DNA from: Octopus sinensis
Taxonomy: Eukaryota
Reading direction: 5' to 3'
Length of the DNA: 64,000 nucleotides
Assembly: GCF_006345805.1 (NCBI RefSeq)
Contig: NC_043008.1
Span: 9,610,001 to 9,674,000 of the forward strand
The notes under the pieces are model-generated. The model made no database searches, had not been told where the DNA came from, and was given only the letters and a program-made list of their open reading frames with translations. Below, piece by piece: positions 26,588 through 36,984 of this stretch (positions within the stretch are counted from its first letter, which is position 1; each line of letters opens with the position of its first letter). The translations under genes were made by a program, and so were the position numbers.

Positions 26588-29500
26588 TGGGTTGTCCGGA
26601 AAGTTGTGCCAATTTTTAAAGGAAAGAAAAAGGTCAATAAATACTTGTCATTACATTTTTAATCAGCTAAATATGAACCATTTTGTTGCACAATGCATCT
26701 CCATCTTTCCCTTTACTTGAAAATACCCTCTTCCCAGACTTGAGGTGGTTTCATAATACAAACTGATAATATTGTGACAGGTAATGGAACATTGAACTCT
26801 TGGTCATTTCAAGATCTTTTGAGAGTTTGTACCCTGGGGTACTTTCTACTTACTTGAAATACAGGAGAGGACCAGCTACAGGCAGGGCCTCAAAAAAAAA
26901 AATCTAGCTGACCCATGGGAGCATGGAAAAGTGGATATTAAATGATGATGGTGATGATGGTGGTGGTTGTGGTGGCAGCAGCAGCAGCAGTGGCAGCAGC
27001 AGTGGAGGGGAAAAAACTTGAGGCTTCCAAATGGCTAACTGCTTCTCCTCTTTCTGTACTTCATTACATATCTGAATTATAAAACGAGTCTTTCATCATA
27101 TTATAGAGTATCATGACAGAAGCTCAAAAATGGGATAAAGATGGTGATGGTTTGATTGAAAATGGAGGTTTTGCTGACCAAACTTTTGATGCCTGGACTG
27201 CAACTGGTGCCAGGTAAAACTTACTAATTCTTTCCTTTTTTTCTTGCCCACCACTTTGTATTGTTAAAGGTATGCCACAGCACTGCAGACTCACTGAAGT
27301 CTTGTTAATTCTTTAGCTGTAGAGGAAAGACTGTGCATTTTAAGAAGTGAGTTGGTCATGGACTTATGGACAAGATTGGTGACAGATATGCACTGACAAT
27401 ATTTTGGTACCGGTGGCACATAAAATGCTCCTAGCACACTCTGTTAAGTGGTTGGCATTAGGAAGGGCATCCAGTTGTGGAAACCATGCCTCAGCAGACA
27501 GTTGGAGTCTGGTCAGCTCTCTCCTAGCCAGTTCCATTTTAAATTGTCCAACTCATGCCAGCATGGAAAGCGCACATTAAATGATGATGGTGATGATGAT
27601 GATGACGCCGACACCAACGATGACAATCCACCACTGTCAGCACAAGCTTTTCAAATGACCACTTGTCTTATTATAAACAATCATGGATACCTGATAAGGT
27701 ATGTCATAAGAGGCATTTAAAAGATTTGACAATAAGAAGGGCATCCAGCTATAAAATACTGCCACAGAGGACCCATCCAACCCATTCCTGCGGAATTTGA
27801 ACTCAGAACATAAAGACAGACAAAATACCACTAAGCATTTCGCCCGGTGTGCTAACGATTCTTATTTCTTTATTGCCCACAAGAGGCTAAACATAATGAG
27901 GACAAACAGGGACAGACAAAGGGATTAAGTTGATTGCATCAACCCCAGTGCCTAACAGGTACTTAATTTATCGACCCCCGAAAGGATGAAAGGCAAAGTT
28001 GACCTCAACGGAATTTGAACTCAGAACGTAACGGCAGACAAAATTCCGCTAAGCATTTCGCCCAGCGTGATAACGTTTCTGCCAGTTTGCCACTTTCTAG
28101 TATATAAATATTGAAGAAAGAAACTTGGTAATTTCTGTAATTTTATTATTTTTTTCTTTTACCAATATTGTAGTGCTTACTGTGGAGGAATTTGGTTGGC
28201 TGCTCTGCGTCTCACTGTAGAAATGGCTAAAATTCTTGAAGACAGAGACACTGAAATAAAGTTCACTGAGATTTTGCACGAGGGAAAAGAATCATTTGAC
28301 AAAAAACTATGGAATGGTATTCATCCTTTTGGTCTTTTTTTTTTTGTTATTTTTGTATATGTTATTTCTTATTGATGTCATCAGTCAGACTTGGAATAAG
28401 AAGTTGTTATATATTGGTTCCAAACTTTGGCTTAAGGCCAGCAATTTTGGGGGAGGGTTAAGTTGATTACATTGACCTCAGTGTTCAACTGGTACTTATT
28501 TTATTGACCCCCAAAAGGATAAAAGACAAAGTTAACCCCAGTGGAATTTGAACTCAGAACATAAAGACAGACAGTATACCGCTAAACATTTTGCCTGCCA
28601 TGCTAATGAGTCTGCCAGCTTGCCAACTTGGAAATAGTTGTATATTCAGGCTGCACTTTTGCAACAAAGCAAACCAAGATCAATGCTGCCCTCCTCCTCC
28701 TCTTCTTCTTCTTCTTCTTCTTCTTCTTCTTCTTCTTCTTCTCTTCTTCTTCTTCTCTTCTTCTTCTTCTTCTTCTTCTTCTTCTTCTTCTTCTTCTTCT
28801 TCTTCTTCTTCTTCTTCTTCTTCTTCTTCTTCCTCCTCCTCCTCCTGCTGTTGCTTCTGTTGCTTCTATTATTTTTATTATTTTATTATCATTATTTATA
28901 GTATTTCAAGTTCTGTGCTGCCAGAAACGTTGCTGTGCTGAGCAAAATGCTTCGCAGCATTTCACCTAACTTTACATTCTGAGATCAAATCCTGCCGAGT
29001 TCAGCTTTGGTCGACCCAAGGCTATTGTAGAAAAATACTTGCCCTAGGTGTCACGCAGTGGGACTGAACCCAGAATCATGTGGTTGCGAAGCAAGCTTCT
29101 TACCAGTGCACTTGTCTTATATTGATCCTATGAATTATTGCCTCTTTGTGAATTATTGTTTATTTAGTAATTATTACTTACTAATTGTTGTCCTCTTGCT
29201 AAACAGTCATCTTACCGGTTTCGCTTTTTCATCATTTCAGGTTTATACTATAATTATGATTGCAGTGATAAACCTTACCATGACAGTATCATGGCAGCTC
29301 AACTTATTGGTCAGTGGTTCATCAGAGCTTCAGGTATTCAGGATGACTTAGTAAGTACAGCAACCGTTCATCTCATTCCCTTTCCAAAAACATGTTTCTA
29401 CCGATTTTACAGAATCTTCCTTCCATTCCCCACACAAATAATGATAGAGCCACTGGGCCTACTAATGTCCCTTCCCTTAACCTCAATGAATGATCTGCAG

Positions 29501-29594
29501 AGCTAGCCCTTATCCTTTTCAAACTCTTCTTAAAGACTCTATGCTTGGAATGACCAATTATAAACATCATTGGAACTCACAAGGTACAGGAAAC

Positions 29595-29645
<51 letters not shown>

Positions 29646-32600
29646 ATTCTGCTTAAATAATGGAACTGCAGATACAATATCCTTACGTATCTCATGTCTG
29701 TTTTCCTCCACTTCACTCTGTATTTCATATCTTCTCTATAATAACTATTACTTGACCATTTTCTCGCACCATCTCTGATGAAGGGATATATAAAATATCC
29801 CGGAAACAGCTATAAGACCTTCTCTTTATAAATGTTCTGCAAACTTTCACAGCTTTGGATTTTTTTATCTCATTCTGTTAATATTTATATATATAAGCAT
29901 GCTAATATACGACTTACGTTGGACTCCTCATTCATATCATCACCGAACCTGGAGCTTAACATATATATATTATATTTTTGACGGACTCCACTGAGGATCT
30001 GCAAATTAATTGTGTAAGTAAATTTGCATAATTTATTAACAGTGAAACAATTGTATGGGGTTAATCTATATTTTTGTTATTTTTCATTTGTCCTGCTCGC
30101 TTACGTTCATAGTGTGCTAAGTTTTTCTTGAGAACAATTTTTAGTGGTTGAGACTCATGCAGATCTCTCTTTAGTGGATTCTGTCTCATATATATATATA
30201 TATATATATAGCATCATCATTATCATCGTCATCATCATTTAATGTCCATGTTTCATACTGGTATGAGTTGGATGGTTTGCTAGAATCCCAAAACTGCAGA
30301 TCTATGCCCTAATGTCTGCTTTGACATGGTTTCGCTGGCTGGATGCCCTTCCTAGCATAGCACCCACCATTTGGGAGTTGATAAAATAAGTACCGGTTGA
30401 GTACTGGAGGGAGGGGTCGATTTAATCAACTTAGCCTCTCACCTGATATTGCTGGCCTTGTGCCAAAATCAGAAAGCAATATTAGCAAAATATTCTTTTC
30501 TACTCCAGGCACAAGGCCCGAAATATTTTGGTGGGAGGGAGGGACAGTCGATTAGATCGACCCCAGTACGCAACTGGTACTTAATTTATCGATCCCAAAA
30601 GGATGAAAGGCAAAGTCGACCTCTGCGGAATTTGAACTCAGAGCGTAAGGACAAACGAACTAATATTAGCAAAATATTAAAATATGTAATATATGTGTTT
30701 CCTTTATCAAAGGTGATCTGGAATGTTCCATTTGTATATTGCAGGTATTTCCATCTCAAAAGGTCAGAAGTGTGTTGAAGGTGATTTATGAACATAATGT
30801 AATGAAACTGAATAATGGTAACTGTGGCGCCGTCAATGGTGGGAGACTGGATTGCATGAAAGACACGACCAATTGCCAGGCTGAGGAATTTTGGGTGGGA
30901 ATCATCTACTCATTGGCTGCGACTATGATACAAGAGGTAAGTCTTGTGTTTTCAGAATCTATTTCTTTTATGTACCTTATTGTTTACTATACGCCCAGCT
31001 GTGGCTGTGTGGTAAGAAATTTGCTTCCCAACCACATGGTTCTGTGTTCAGTTCCACTACGTGGCACCCTGGTGTCTTCTTATATCTTTACTACCCACAA
31101 GGGGCTAAACACAAAGGAGGCGAACAGGGACAGACAAACGGATTAAGTCGATTACATCGACCCTAATGCATAACTGGTACTTAATTTATCGATCCTGAAA
31201 GGATGAAAGATAAAGTCGACCTTGGCGGAATTTGAACTCAGAACGTAGAGGCAGACAAAATACCGCTAAGCATTTCGCCCGGCGTGCTAACGTTTCTGTC
31301 AGCTCACCGCCTGGTGTCTTCTACTATAGCCTCAGCCTAACCAAAGCCTTGTCAGTGGATTTGATGGATGGAAATTTAAAGAAGCCCAATGTGTGTGTGT
31401 GCATGTGTTGTGTCTGTTTGTCCACCATCTCCACCCCACCCCACCCCAAACACCACTTGATAACTGGTGTCGGTGTGTTTATGTCCCCACAGTCAAATGA
31501 CTATAACCAGTAGAAGATAAAAACTAGCTACAGTGATCAATTTGTTGTTTAATTTTTTGCCATTCTGAAGGGCAGTGCGGAAACAAGTCTCCACTGTCCT
31601 GATATAAAGGACTTTCATGATGGCATGGGGTAGATGATTTGACAGGAACTGGCAAACCAAGGGGCTGCTCTAGACTCCAGTAATTTATTTTGGCATGGTT
31701 TCTATGGCTGGATACCCTTCCTAGTACCAACCACTTTATGGAGTGCTTTTTATGAAACACCAGCATTGGTGCTTTTTATATATAATAATAATAATGATAA
31801 TAATGAAATTATTGTATACAGTGCTCAGGTGCACCACAACTTGTCAAAAGTGCGTATAAAGCATATGCAGTAATGTACAAATGTCTGGAAAGTGAACAGT
31901 GTATGAATCAGATACATGCTTGCGTGTGTATGAAGGGGAGAAAATCAGGTGTAGTGTTGGCGAATCTCAGGAAGCATGGAAGTTTTGGAGGATGCAATGC
32001 TCCGACAACTAACAACTGATGCCAGCAGTTTGTTCCGGCACCAGCACTGGTGCTTTTCATGTGGTACCTGCATGGGTTCTTTGTACATGACCCAAGCATG
32101 GATGCTTTTTACATGGTGCCAGCACAGGTGTTTTTCTATGTGCATCGGCACCCACAGGATCACCACATAGCTTGCAAGACAAGGGCCTCTCGGCTTAGAA
32201 GGGTGGAGAAACCAAGAGAAGTGATCATGTGTGAGGCAAGAGACTGGAGCATGACAGGACAAGGATAGCTGTGTTACTACAGAGAAGATACTTGGCTACC
32301 CCTGTAGCACAAGGAAGGAGAGGGTTGTAGGAAAGAGTGAGAGAGGGCCTCTCAAAAGGGAACAATAAAGGGAAGTATAAATATGTGCTAGTCAAGTACC
32401 GGGAACAATATAATCAACTGCTCTCTGCCCCCATTTGCAGGCGATGTACCTACATTAGAAATTGCATATGAAGCTATAAGCGTTGGGTATTTAGTTATCT
32501 CCCTTTACATTCAGATCTCATAATGGATCGACTTAGCTATTTATACTTGCATGATTGATAAAATAAGTTACTGGAATTTACTAAGGCTTATTTAATGAAT

Positions 32601-34398
32601 TGTGTTCCTCACCCAAGATTACATCTTTGTCACCCGACTTTTTAGGCAGAATAAAGTTACAGTAACTCTCATGTTCAGCAGGAGCTACCTTGTGTAGTGA
32701 AAGCCTTACTTTCTGCTCCTCCAACCATGACCTGCACTCGTTAAAAATTTCTTCATATCTTCTATAATATGCGAGAAATGTAATACCCTCCTCTAGATTA
32801 TACGTAAATTCAGAAATTGCATTAGCCACATCTTCTGGCATAAACGAGCTTACTGGATTTTCAGTCTTCGTCGACTGTAACTCAATTAATTGTTGTTGTT
32901 GTTGTTGTTGTTGTTGTTATAGTATTTCTGGCAGAACCGTTAGCACACTGAGTGAAATGCGTAGCCGTATTTTATCTGCCGCCGAGGTCCACTTTGCCTT
33001 TCATCCTTTCGAAGTCGATAACTTAAGTACCAGTTATGCACTGGGGCCGATGTAATCGACTTATTTCATTTGTCTGTCCTTGTTTGTCCCCTCTGTGGGT
33101 AATAAAGAAATACATAATATTTGTTTTTGCAACTGCTGTAGTTGTTCCTGTTGCTTCTCTTGAAGCTGTACTTCTGCGGCTTATAGGTTTTCCACGACCC
33201 AGAAATTCTCAAATGACCAATGTGAGTTTCGAATGATCCTCGTTGCCAGATGTTTTATCCTTGTGGATAAACGAATACACTACAACAGTGTAATAACAAT
33301 ATAATCAAAACAAATCACAGTAACCACACGGAACATAACAACAATCTTTTAAGGACCAACCGTCCAACACGCTAACTCATACTGTGAACTTTGTTCTCCA
33401 ACTTCGAACTATTAACACACAAACTGTAGAACTAGCACTAACTACCTCACTCACTCAGACCACTATTATTTGTATGTAGTGGTCCAGTCCATTCTTACTT
33501 GGTGGGGGATCGTATTCACATACAACTGAATTGAAGTAAAGTTGGTTAATCAGATAATGTAGAGTACTTTGATTAATGCAAGGATAGCGTTCCACTTATG
33601 TGCAGTTTGTTGCACTTTTTAAACTCAATCTGTTTTAATAAATACATATTTTATTCTGTTGTGTCTGGGGAGAGTCATTCTCTTTTTGTGCTTTATAATG
33701 TAACACACTCACCGGTAAAATTTCCACTTATTTCTTATTGAAAGACCATTGAAAGATTATTGAAAAGGTTGCAAGATGCAACGAAAATTTTAGGAAAATA
33801 AAAATAAGAAATAAGTGGAAATTTTACCGGTGAGTGTGTTACATTATAAGGTACAAAAAGAAAATGACTCTCCCCAGACACAACAGAATATGCTTCAACA
33901 CACGAACTCATACAAAGAATCTTGCAAACCAAATCCAAAAACGAAACATTTTATTTTTCTCCTTTATTTATTCCATGAAATCATTTGTGTTTTTTAACTT
34001 GTTTTCTGTTTACTTTGTATAACATGCTTCACCCCCTCCTCTCATCTTAATAAACTTGTCCATTCCCATCACCCATCTATTGAAACACCTATGTTTAATG
34101 TACCTTGTATTTTGGTGTATCTTTTGAGAAATTATTGGCAGCCGTGTCCACAACAGTCACTTAATTTCATTATATTCCTTCTTCTTTCCAGGGAATGAGC
34201 AAAGAAGGGTTCCAGACTGCATGGGGAGCTTATCACATGTGCTGGGAGGTACTTGGACTCTCATTCCAAACACCTGAAGCTTACACACTGGACAATGTCT
34301 ACCGTTCTCTTGGCTACATGCGGCCATTGGCTATTTGGTCCATTCAGTGGGCATTGTCCATTACTCAGTCCACATCTCCAATATCAAATCCTCTTTGA
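3161..34398 (+). CDS. GBA2: Non-lysosomal glucosylceramidase (GH116), 5'-partial; join(3161..3249,4534..4649,13087..13311,14631..14876,15483..15582,17028..17199,18092..18217,19621..19787,22096..22200,22718..22825,26107..26258,27107..27213,28174..28316,29241..29350,30745..30936,34192..34398)
   Basis: 16 AG/GT-bounded exons with matching phases (2365 nt, one frame, TGA at 34396-34398). Motifs recognised from human GBA2/GH116: [62 protein letters not shown] (nucleophile Glu), [27 protein letters not shown] (acid/base Asp), [31 protein letters not shown]. The first exon starts in phase 2, so the ATG exon is upstream of the window. Confidence 0.96.
4534..4649 (+). CDS. GBA2: GBA2 exon 2 in window: [39 protein letters not shown]
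   Basis: TTGCAG acceptor, GTATTT donor; GH116 N-terminal GGIGxGxI motif. Confidence 0.95.
4725..5027 (+). mobile_element. Full-length tRNA-derived SINE (family D; central CCTGCGATGGACCGGCGTCCCGTCCAGG resembles the V-domain)
   Basis: A box TGGCCTAGTGG, B box GGTTCGAACTC; 12-bp TSD CCATAACAGATA (4713-4724 / 5028-5039). The V-domain assignment is from memory. Other copies: 10592-10868(-, inside a TACA array), 2446-2610, 2257-2330. Confidence 0.85.
5838..6530 (+). mobile_element. 5'-truncated RTE-clade LINE (RT C-terminal region and 3' tail)
   Basis: Frame [13 protein letters not shown]...[64 protein letters not shown]..; one in-frame TAA (6309), true stop 6504-6506, CAAGAA-type tail. Confidence 0.9.
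7465..7778 (+). mobile_element. tRNA-derived SINE (family E)
   Basis: Head TGGCTTAGTGGTTAAGG...GAGTTCAATTCCC, body TGTGTCCTTGAGTAAAACACTTTA..GTTGCTCCAGTCCACTCAGC; flanked by a TAATTATCT duplication. Related copies 10920-11160(-), 20010-20325(-). Confidence 0.75.
8553..8774. mobile_element. piggyBac-type MITE
   Basis: TTAA flanks (8549-8552, 8775-8778); termini CCCTTTCGTT / AACAAAGGGG. Confidence 0.85.
9425..9756 (-). mobile_element. SINE-like family C: (GAT)n-tailed element with internal ~60-bp tandem units
   Basis: Read on -, it ends ...CTAGCGCGGAAAACGGATGTTAAACGATGATGATG, an RTE-like tail. The core GAAGGGCATCCAGCTGTAGAAAC is shared with copies at 1190-1630, 3415-3610, 7040-7430, 11410-12510, 16555-16686, 25570-26020, 27410-27600. 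Confidence 0.75.
11621..12510. repeat. ~2.6 tandem copies of a 330-357-bp unit derived from family C
   Basis: Unit starts GGATGGTGTTTTT at 11621, 11978 and 12308. Confidence 0.9.
12770..13035 (+). mobile_element. tRNA-headed SINE-like element carrying a hammerhead-like motif
   Basis: A box TGGCGTAGTGG (12777-12787), B box GTTCAATTCC (12822-12831), (AAT)n linker, CTGATGA...GAAAC core at 12937-12969. Confidence 0.65.
13087..13311 (+). CDS. GBA2: GBA2 exon 3 in window: [18 protein letters not shown]...[15 protein letters not shown]...SPIFPHEYQ
   Basis: CACAG acceptor, GTAAGT donor, 75 codons. Confidence 0.95.
14631..14876 (+). CDS. GBA2: GBA2 exon 4 in window: [15 protein letters not shown]...[10 protein letters not shown]...WNEYF...YGIAVKHK
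   Basis: TTGTAG acceptor, GTAAAG donor, 82 codons. Confidence 0.93.
14938..15185. repeat. (TCT)n microsatellite (also 28692-28846)
   Basis: Direct. Confidence 0.97.
15483..15582 (+). CDS. GBA2: GBA2 exon 5 in window: [33 protein letters not shown]
   Basis: TTCCAG acceptor, GTAAAT donor; FDP..G..VWQDL..DG.L motif. Confidence 0.93.
16533..16890. mobile_element. piggyBac-type MITE (second family) with a nested family C fragment
   Basis: TTAA-CCCTTCAACATT ... AATGCTAAAGGG-TTAA; truncated relatives at ~5700-5830 and ~26417-26530. Confidence 0.75.
17028..17199 (+). CDS. GBA2: GBA2 exon 6 in window: [23 protein letters not shown]...[22 protein letters not shown]
   Basis: TTGTAG acceptor (tandem AAG alternative at 17030), GTAAAA donor. 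Confidence 0.92.
18092..18217 (+). CDS. GBA2: GBA2 exon 7 in window: [41 protein letters not shown]
   Basis: TTCAAG acceptor, GTAAGT donor. Confidence 0.95.
19621..19787 (+). CDS. GBA2: GBA2 exon 8 in window: [26 protein letters not shown]...EFGKFAYLE
   Basis: TCTTAG acceptor, GTAACA donor; carries the putative catalytic nucleophile Glu codon at 19784-19786. Confidence 0.96.
20884..21117. repeat. Foldback: 99-bp inverted arms, 3 mismatches
   Basis: Arms 20884-20982 and 21019-21117, flanked by (TA)n. Confidence 0.92.
22096..22200 (+). CDS. GBA2: GBA2 exon 9 in window: [35 protein letters not shown]
   Basis: TAAAG acceptor, GTAAGG donor; near-identical to the human motif. Confidence 0.96.
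22718..22825 (+). CDS. GBA2: GBA2 exon 10 in window: [18 protein letters not shown]...SIPHDLGDP
   Basis: TTTCAG acceptor, GTATGG donor; PHD motif. Confidence 0.95.
24844..25460. mobile_element. Second copy of the same piggyBac-type MITE, split by a family B SINE (24941-25331)
   Basis: TTAA-CCCTTTCG ... CGAAAGGG-TTAA; both halves align with 8553-8774. Confidence 0.85.
26107..26258 (+). CDS. GBA2: GBA2 exon 11 in window: [35 protein letters not shown]...KDMYPKVK
   Basis: TTGTAG acceptor (tandem AAG alternative at 26109), GTACAT donor. Confidence 0.95.
27107..27213 (+). CDS. GBA2: GBA2 exon 12 in window: [35 protein letters not shown]
   Basis: TTATAG acceptor, GTAAAA donor; putative acid/base Asp codon at 27176-27178. 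Confidence 0.96.
28174..28316 (+). CDS. GBA2: GBA2 exon 13 in window: [21 protein letters not shown]...ESFDKKLWN
   Basis: TTGTAG acceptor, GTATTC donor. Confidence 0.96.
29241..29350 (+). CDS. GBA2: GBA2 exon 14 in window: [37 protein letters not shown]
   Basis: TTTCAG acceptor, GTAAGT donor. Confidence 0.95.
29772..29817 (+). ncRNA. Minimal type-I hammerhead ribozyme motif (one stem III mismatch)
   Basis: TCT-CTGATGA-A-GGGATAT/ATATCCC-G-GAAAC-AGCT-ATA-AGA. Confidence 0.65.
29985..30061 (+). ncRNA. Minimal type-I hammerhead ribozyme motif
   Basis: Stem I ACTCCA/TGGGGT, core CTGAGGA, stem II hairpin TGCAAATT/AATTTGCA, GAAAC-AATT-GTA. Confidence 0.75.
30745..30936 (+). CDS. GBA2: GBA2 exon 15 in window: [19 protein letters not shown]...GAVNG...[20 protein letters not shown]
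   Basis: TTGCAG acceptor, GTAAGT donor, 64 codons. Confidence 0.96.
32581..32860 (-). mobile_element. Ty3/Gypsy LTR retrotransposon gag remnant
   Basis: [58 protein letters not shown], the gag pattern of K02A2.6-like elements. Confidence 0.7.
33652..33890. repeat. Foldback: 88-bp inverted arms, 3 mismatches
   Basis: Arms 33652-33739 and 33803-33890. Confidence 0.92.
34192..34398 (+). CDS. GBA2: GBA2 terminal coding exon: [31 protein letters not shown]...[14 protein letters not shown]...PL*
   Basis: TTCCAG acceptor; TGA at 34396-34398. Confidence 0.96.
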   Translation, partial: GMSKEGFQTAWGAYHMCWEVLGLSFQTPEAYTLDNVYRSLGYMRPLAIWSIQWALSITQSTSPISNPL

Positions 34399-34484
34399 CC
34401 AGTGACTCACCTTTCCTTTTTATTCAATCATTGCTGACCCTGAAAACACCAGGACAGTCGCTGTTATATTTATTACAGTTCCCC

Positions 34485-34490
34485 AATAAA
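34485..34490 (+). promoter_or_regulatory. Candidate GBA2 polyadenylation signal AATAAA
   Basis: First AATAAA, 87 nt after the stop codon; not validated. Confidence 0.45.
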
Positions 34491-36984
34491 CCAAAAATAT
34501 GTTCTTATGCTTTAAACAACCAAAATTAAACTGAGTTTTTGGTGGAATGTAATTTCATCCAGTCTCTTCCAGTCTCTTCATGTTCTTTATCATCTTTGCA
34601 TCAACATTCAACATAATTTTCAGGTCCATTTTTCTGTTCTTTAAATCAGTTCTTCTCATTTTTTTAAAGGTTGCTTTTGGTATGTTTATTGTTGTAATTG
34701 TTGTGGAGGTGGTGTTGGGACGTGGTGGTGGTGGTGGATGGTGTTGTAGTTTTGAATTTCAAGATGGAACGACTTCACCTAGCTTTACTAATGTCTTTGG
34801 AAAAGTCTTGAATACCACTTTTCTTTTGCAATCCTCAACTTTCACTTTTAATGGCATTTCATCCATCTTCAAGTTCCCAGTTCAAATTCTGCCGAGGTCA
34901 ACTTTGCCTTTCATCCTTTCAGTTACACACCAGGGTTGATGTAACTGATTATCCCCCTCCCCCAAAATTTCAGGCCTTGTGCCTATAGTTGAAAGGATTA
35001 TTATTATTATTATTATTATTATTGAGTGAGAGAGCAGTGCATACCATCAAAGTGACACTGGGGTAAAATATACGAAGCCCAGTATACCCATCATGACTAC
35101 TCGTCTGATAAGGGTACACCAGGCACGTGCATCACAACCATATGTGCGCAACATGGCGATCACATATCAAGATAAACAGCACATGACCTTGTAGGTGGGG
35201 CTCAGTTAGAATTTTCTTCAGGTCGAGTAGCCCATCCCGCTCAAAAGGTCCCTGAATGAGGGTTGTTTAAGGATGTTGAACGAAACACTCATGTTTCCAG
35301 AGGTGAATTATTCAAACCCCAAAGAATCCCTCTCAACACACGACTATGATGCTCCCCCAGTACTTCTGCTCGTGATCAGAGATGCACATATCGTCAGCCA
35401 CTAAGGGACATGCTCAACTGGTTACGGTCAAACAACTGACAAAGAAATCTATGGTATCGAGCAGAATATTTGCTGAAGCCCATCTTTTATACCAAGACAA
35501 AACAATGTACCTGATAACACTTCCAATCAGTTAAGATCAGAAGCCATGAGAGCCACTGCCTGGTACTGCATCAGGGCATTTATTATTATTTTTATTATTA
35601 TTATTATATGTTTATTTAAGGTGGTGATTTGGCAGAATTGTTAGCACACTCGGCAAAATGCTCAGTAGTATTTTCTCCATCCTAACGTTTTGAGTTCAAA
35701 TCCCGCTGAGGTCACCTTTGTCTTTCATCCTTTGGAATTGATAAAATAAATTCCGTTTGAGTACTGGGGTCAATGAAATCTACTTACCCCCGCCTCTGAA
35801 ATTGCTGGCCCTGTGCCAAAATTTGAAATCAATCATCATTATTATTAAGGTTGTGAAAATGCAGAACTGTTGGCATGTTGGATAAAATGCTTGGCCAACC
35901 TGAAGCCCATGGGCTGCATGTGGCCCATGGGTTGCATGTGGCCCACAGACTTATCTTGAGGCCCGCTTGATATTTCCTTAAAGTATTGTGTTTAATTTCA
36001 AAATAAAATTGTTTGTGTAAAACACTTGTTTCAGAATAAATTTTAAATTCAAAAATGGCAACAAAGCAAAAGCCTACAATTTTATCATTTTTAAACTTAG
36101 GTGCAGGAGTGGCTGTGTGGTAAGTGGCTTGCTTACCAACCACATGGTTCCGGGTTCAGTCCCACTGTGTGGCACCTTGGGCAAGTGTCTTCTACTATAG
36201 CCTTGGACTGACCGAAGCTTTGTGAGTGGATTTATCAGATGGAAATTGAAAAAAGCCCATCGTGTATATATAAATATATATATGTGTATATGTTTGTGTG
36301 TCTGTGTTTGTCCCCCCACCATCGCTTGACAACCAATGTTGGTGTGTTTATGTCCTCGTAACTTAGCGGTTTGGCAAAAGAGACCAATAGAGTAAGTACT
36401 AGGCTTACAAAGAATAAGTCCTGGGGTCGATTAGCTCGACTAAAGGTGGTGCTCCAGCATGACTGCAATCAAATGACTGAAACAAGTAAAAGAGTAAACG
36501 AAAAATATGCAAAATTCTTGATTCTGTAATTTGATTATTTGTCTATCGGTGCATAAAGTATACAAGCAATCCTCAAAAAAACTTTCTTTGATTAAAGTGC
36601 CCCTCAATGTAATTCGAGTTGTCCAGGCTTGGTCTCTATGTTCCATATTCAAATTCCATCAAGGTCAACTTTGCCCTTCATCCTTTCAAGGTTAATAAAA
36701 CAAGTACCAGTTGAGTACTGGAGTCAATGTAATTGACTTAATTTCTACCTGCTAAATTGCTGGCCTTGTATAATTTATAATTATATATGTATATTTACAA
36801 AAAATAGTTATTTGTTAAGAAAACAGATAAATAACTTAACATAAAATGGCTATCATCCATACACAAATAGTATTGTTTTGCAATCGGTCTGGCTTGGCTA
36901 GAAAATAAAACTAAGATACACTACAAAAGAAACCTACAGATCTGAGCAAGCATTATTGGTTTAATTAAACATATTTAGTCTTAG

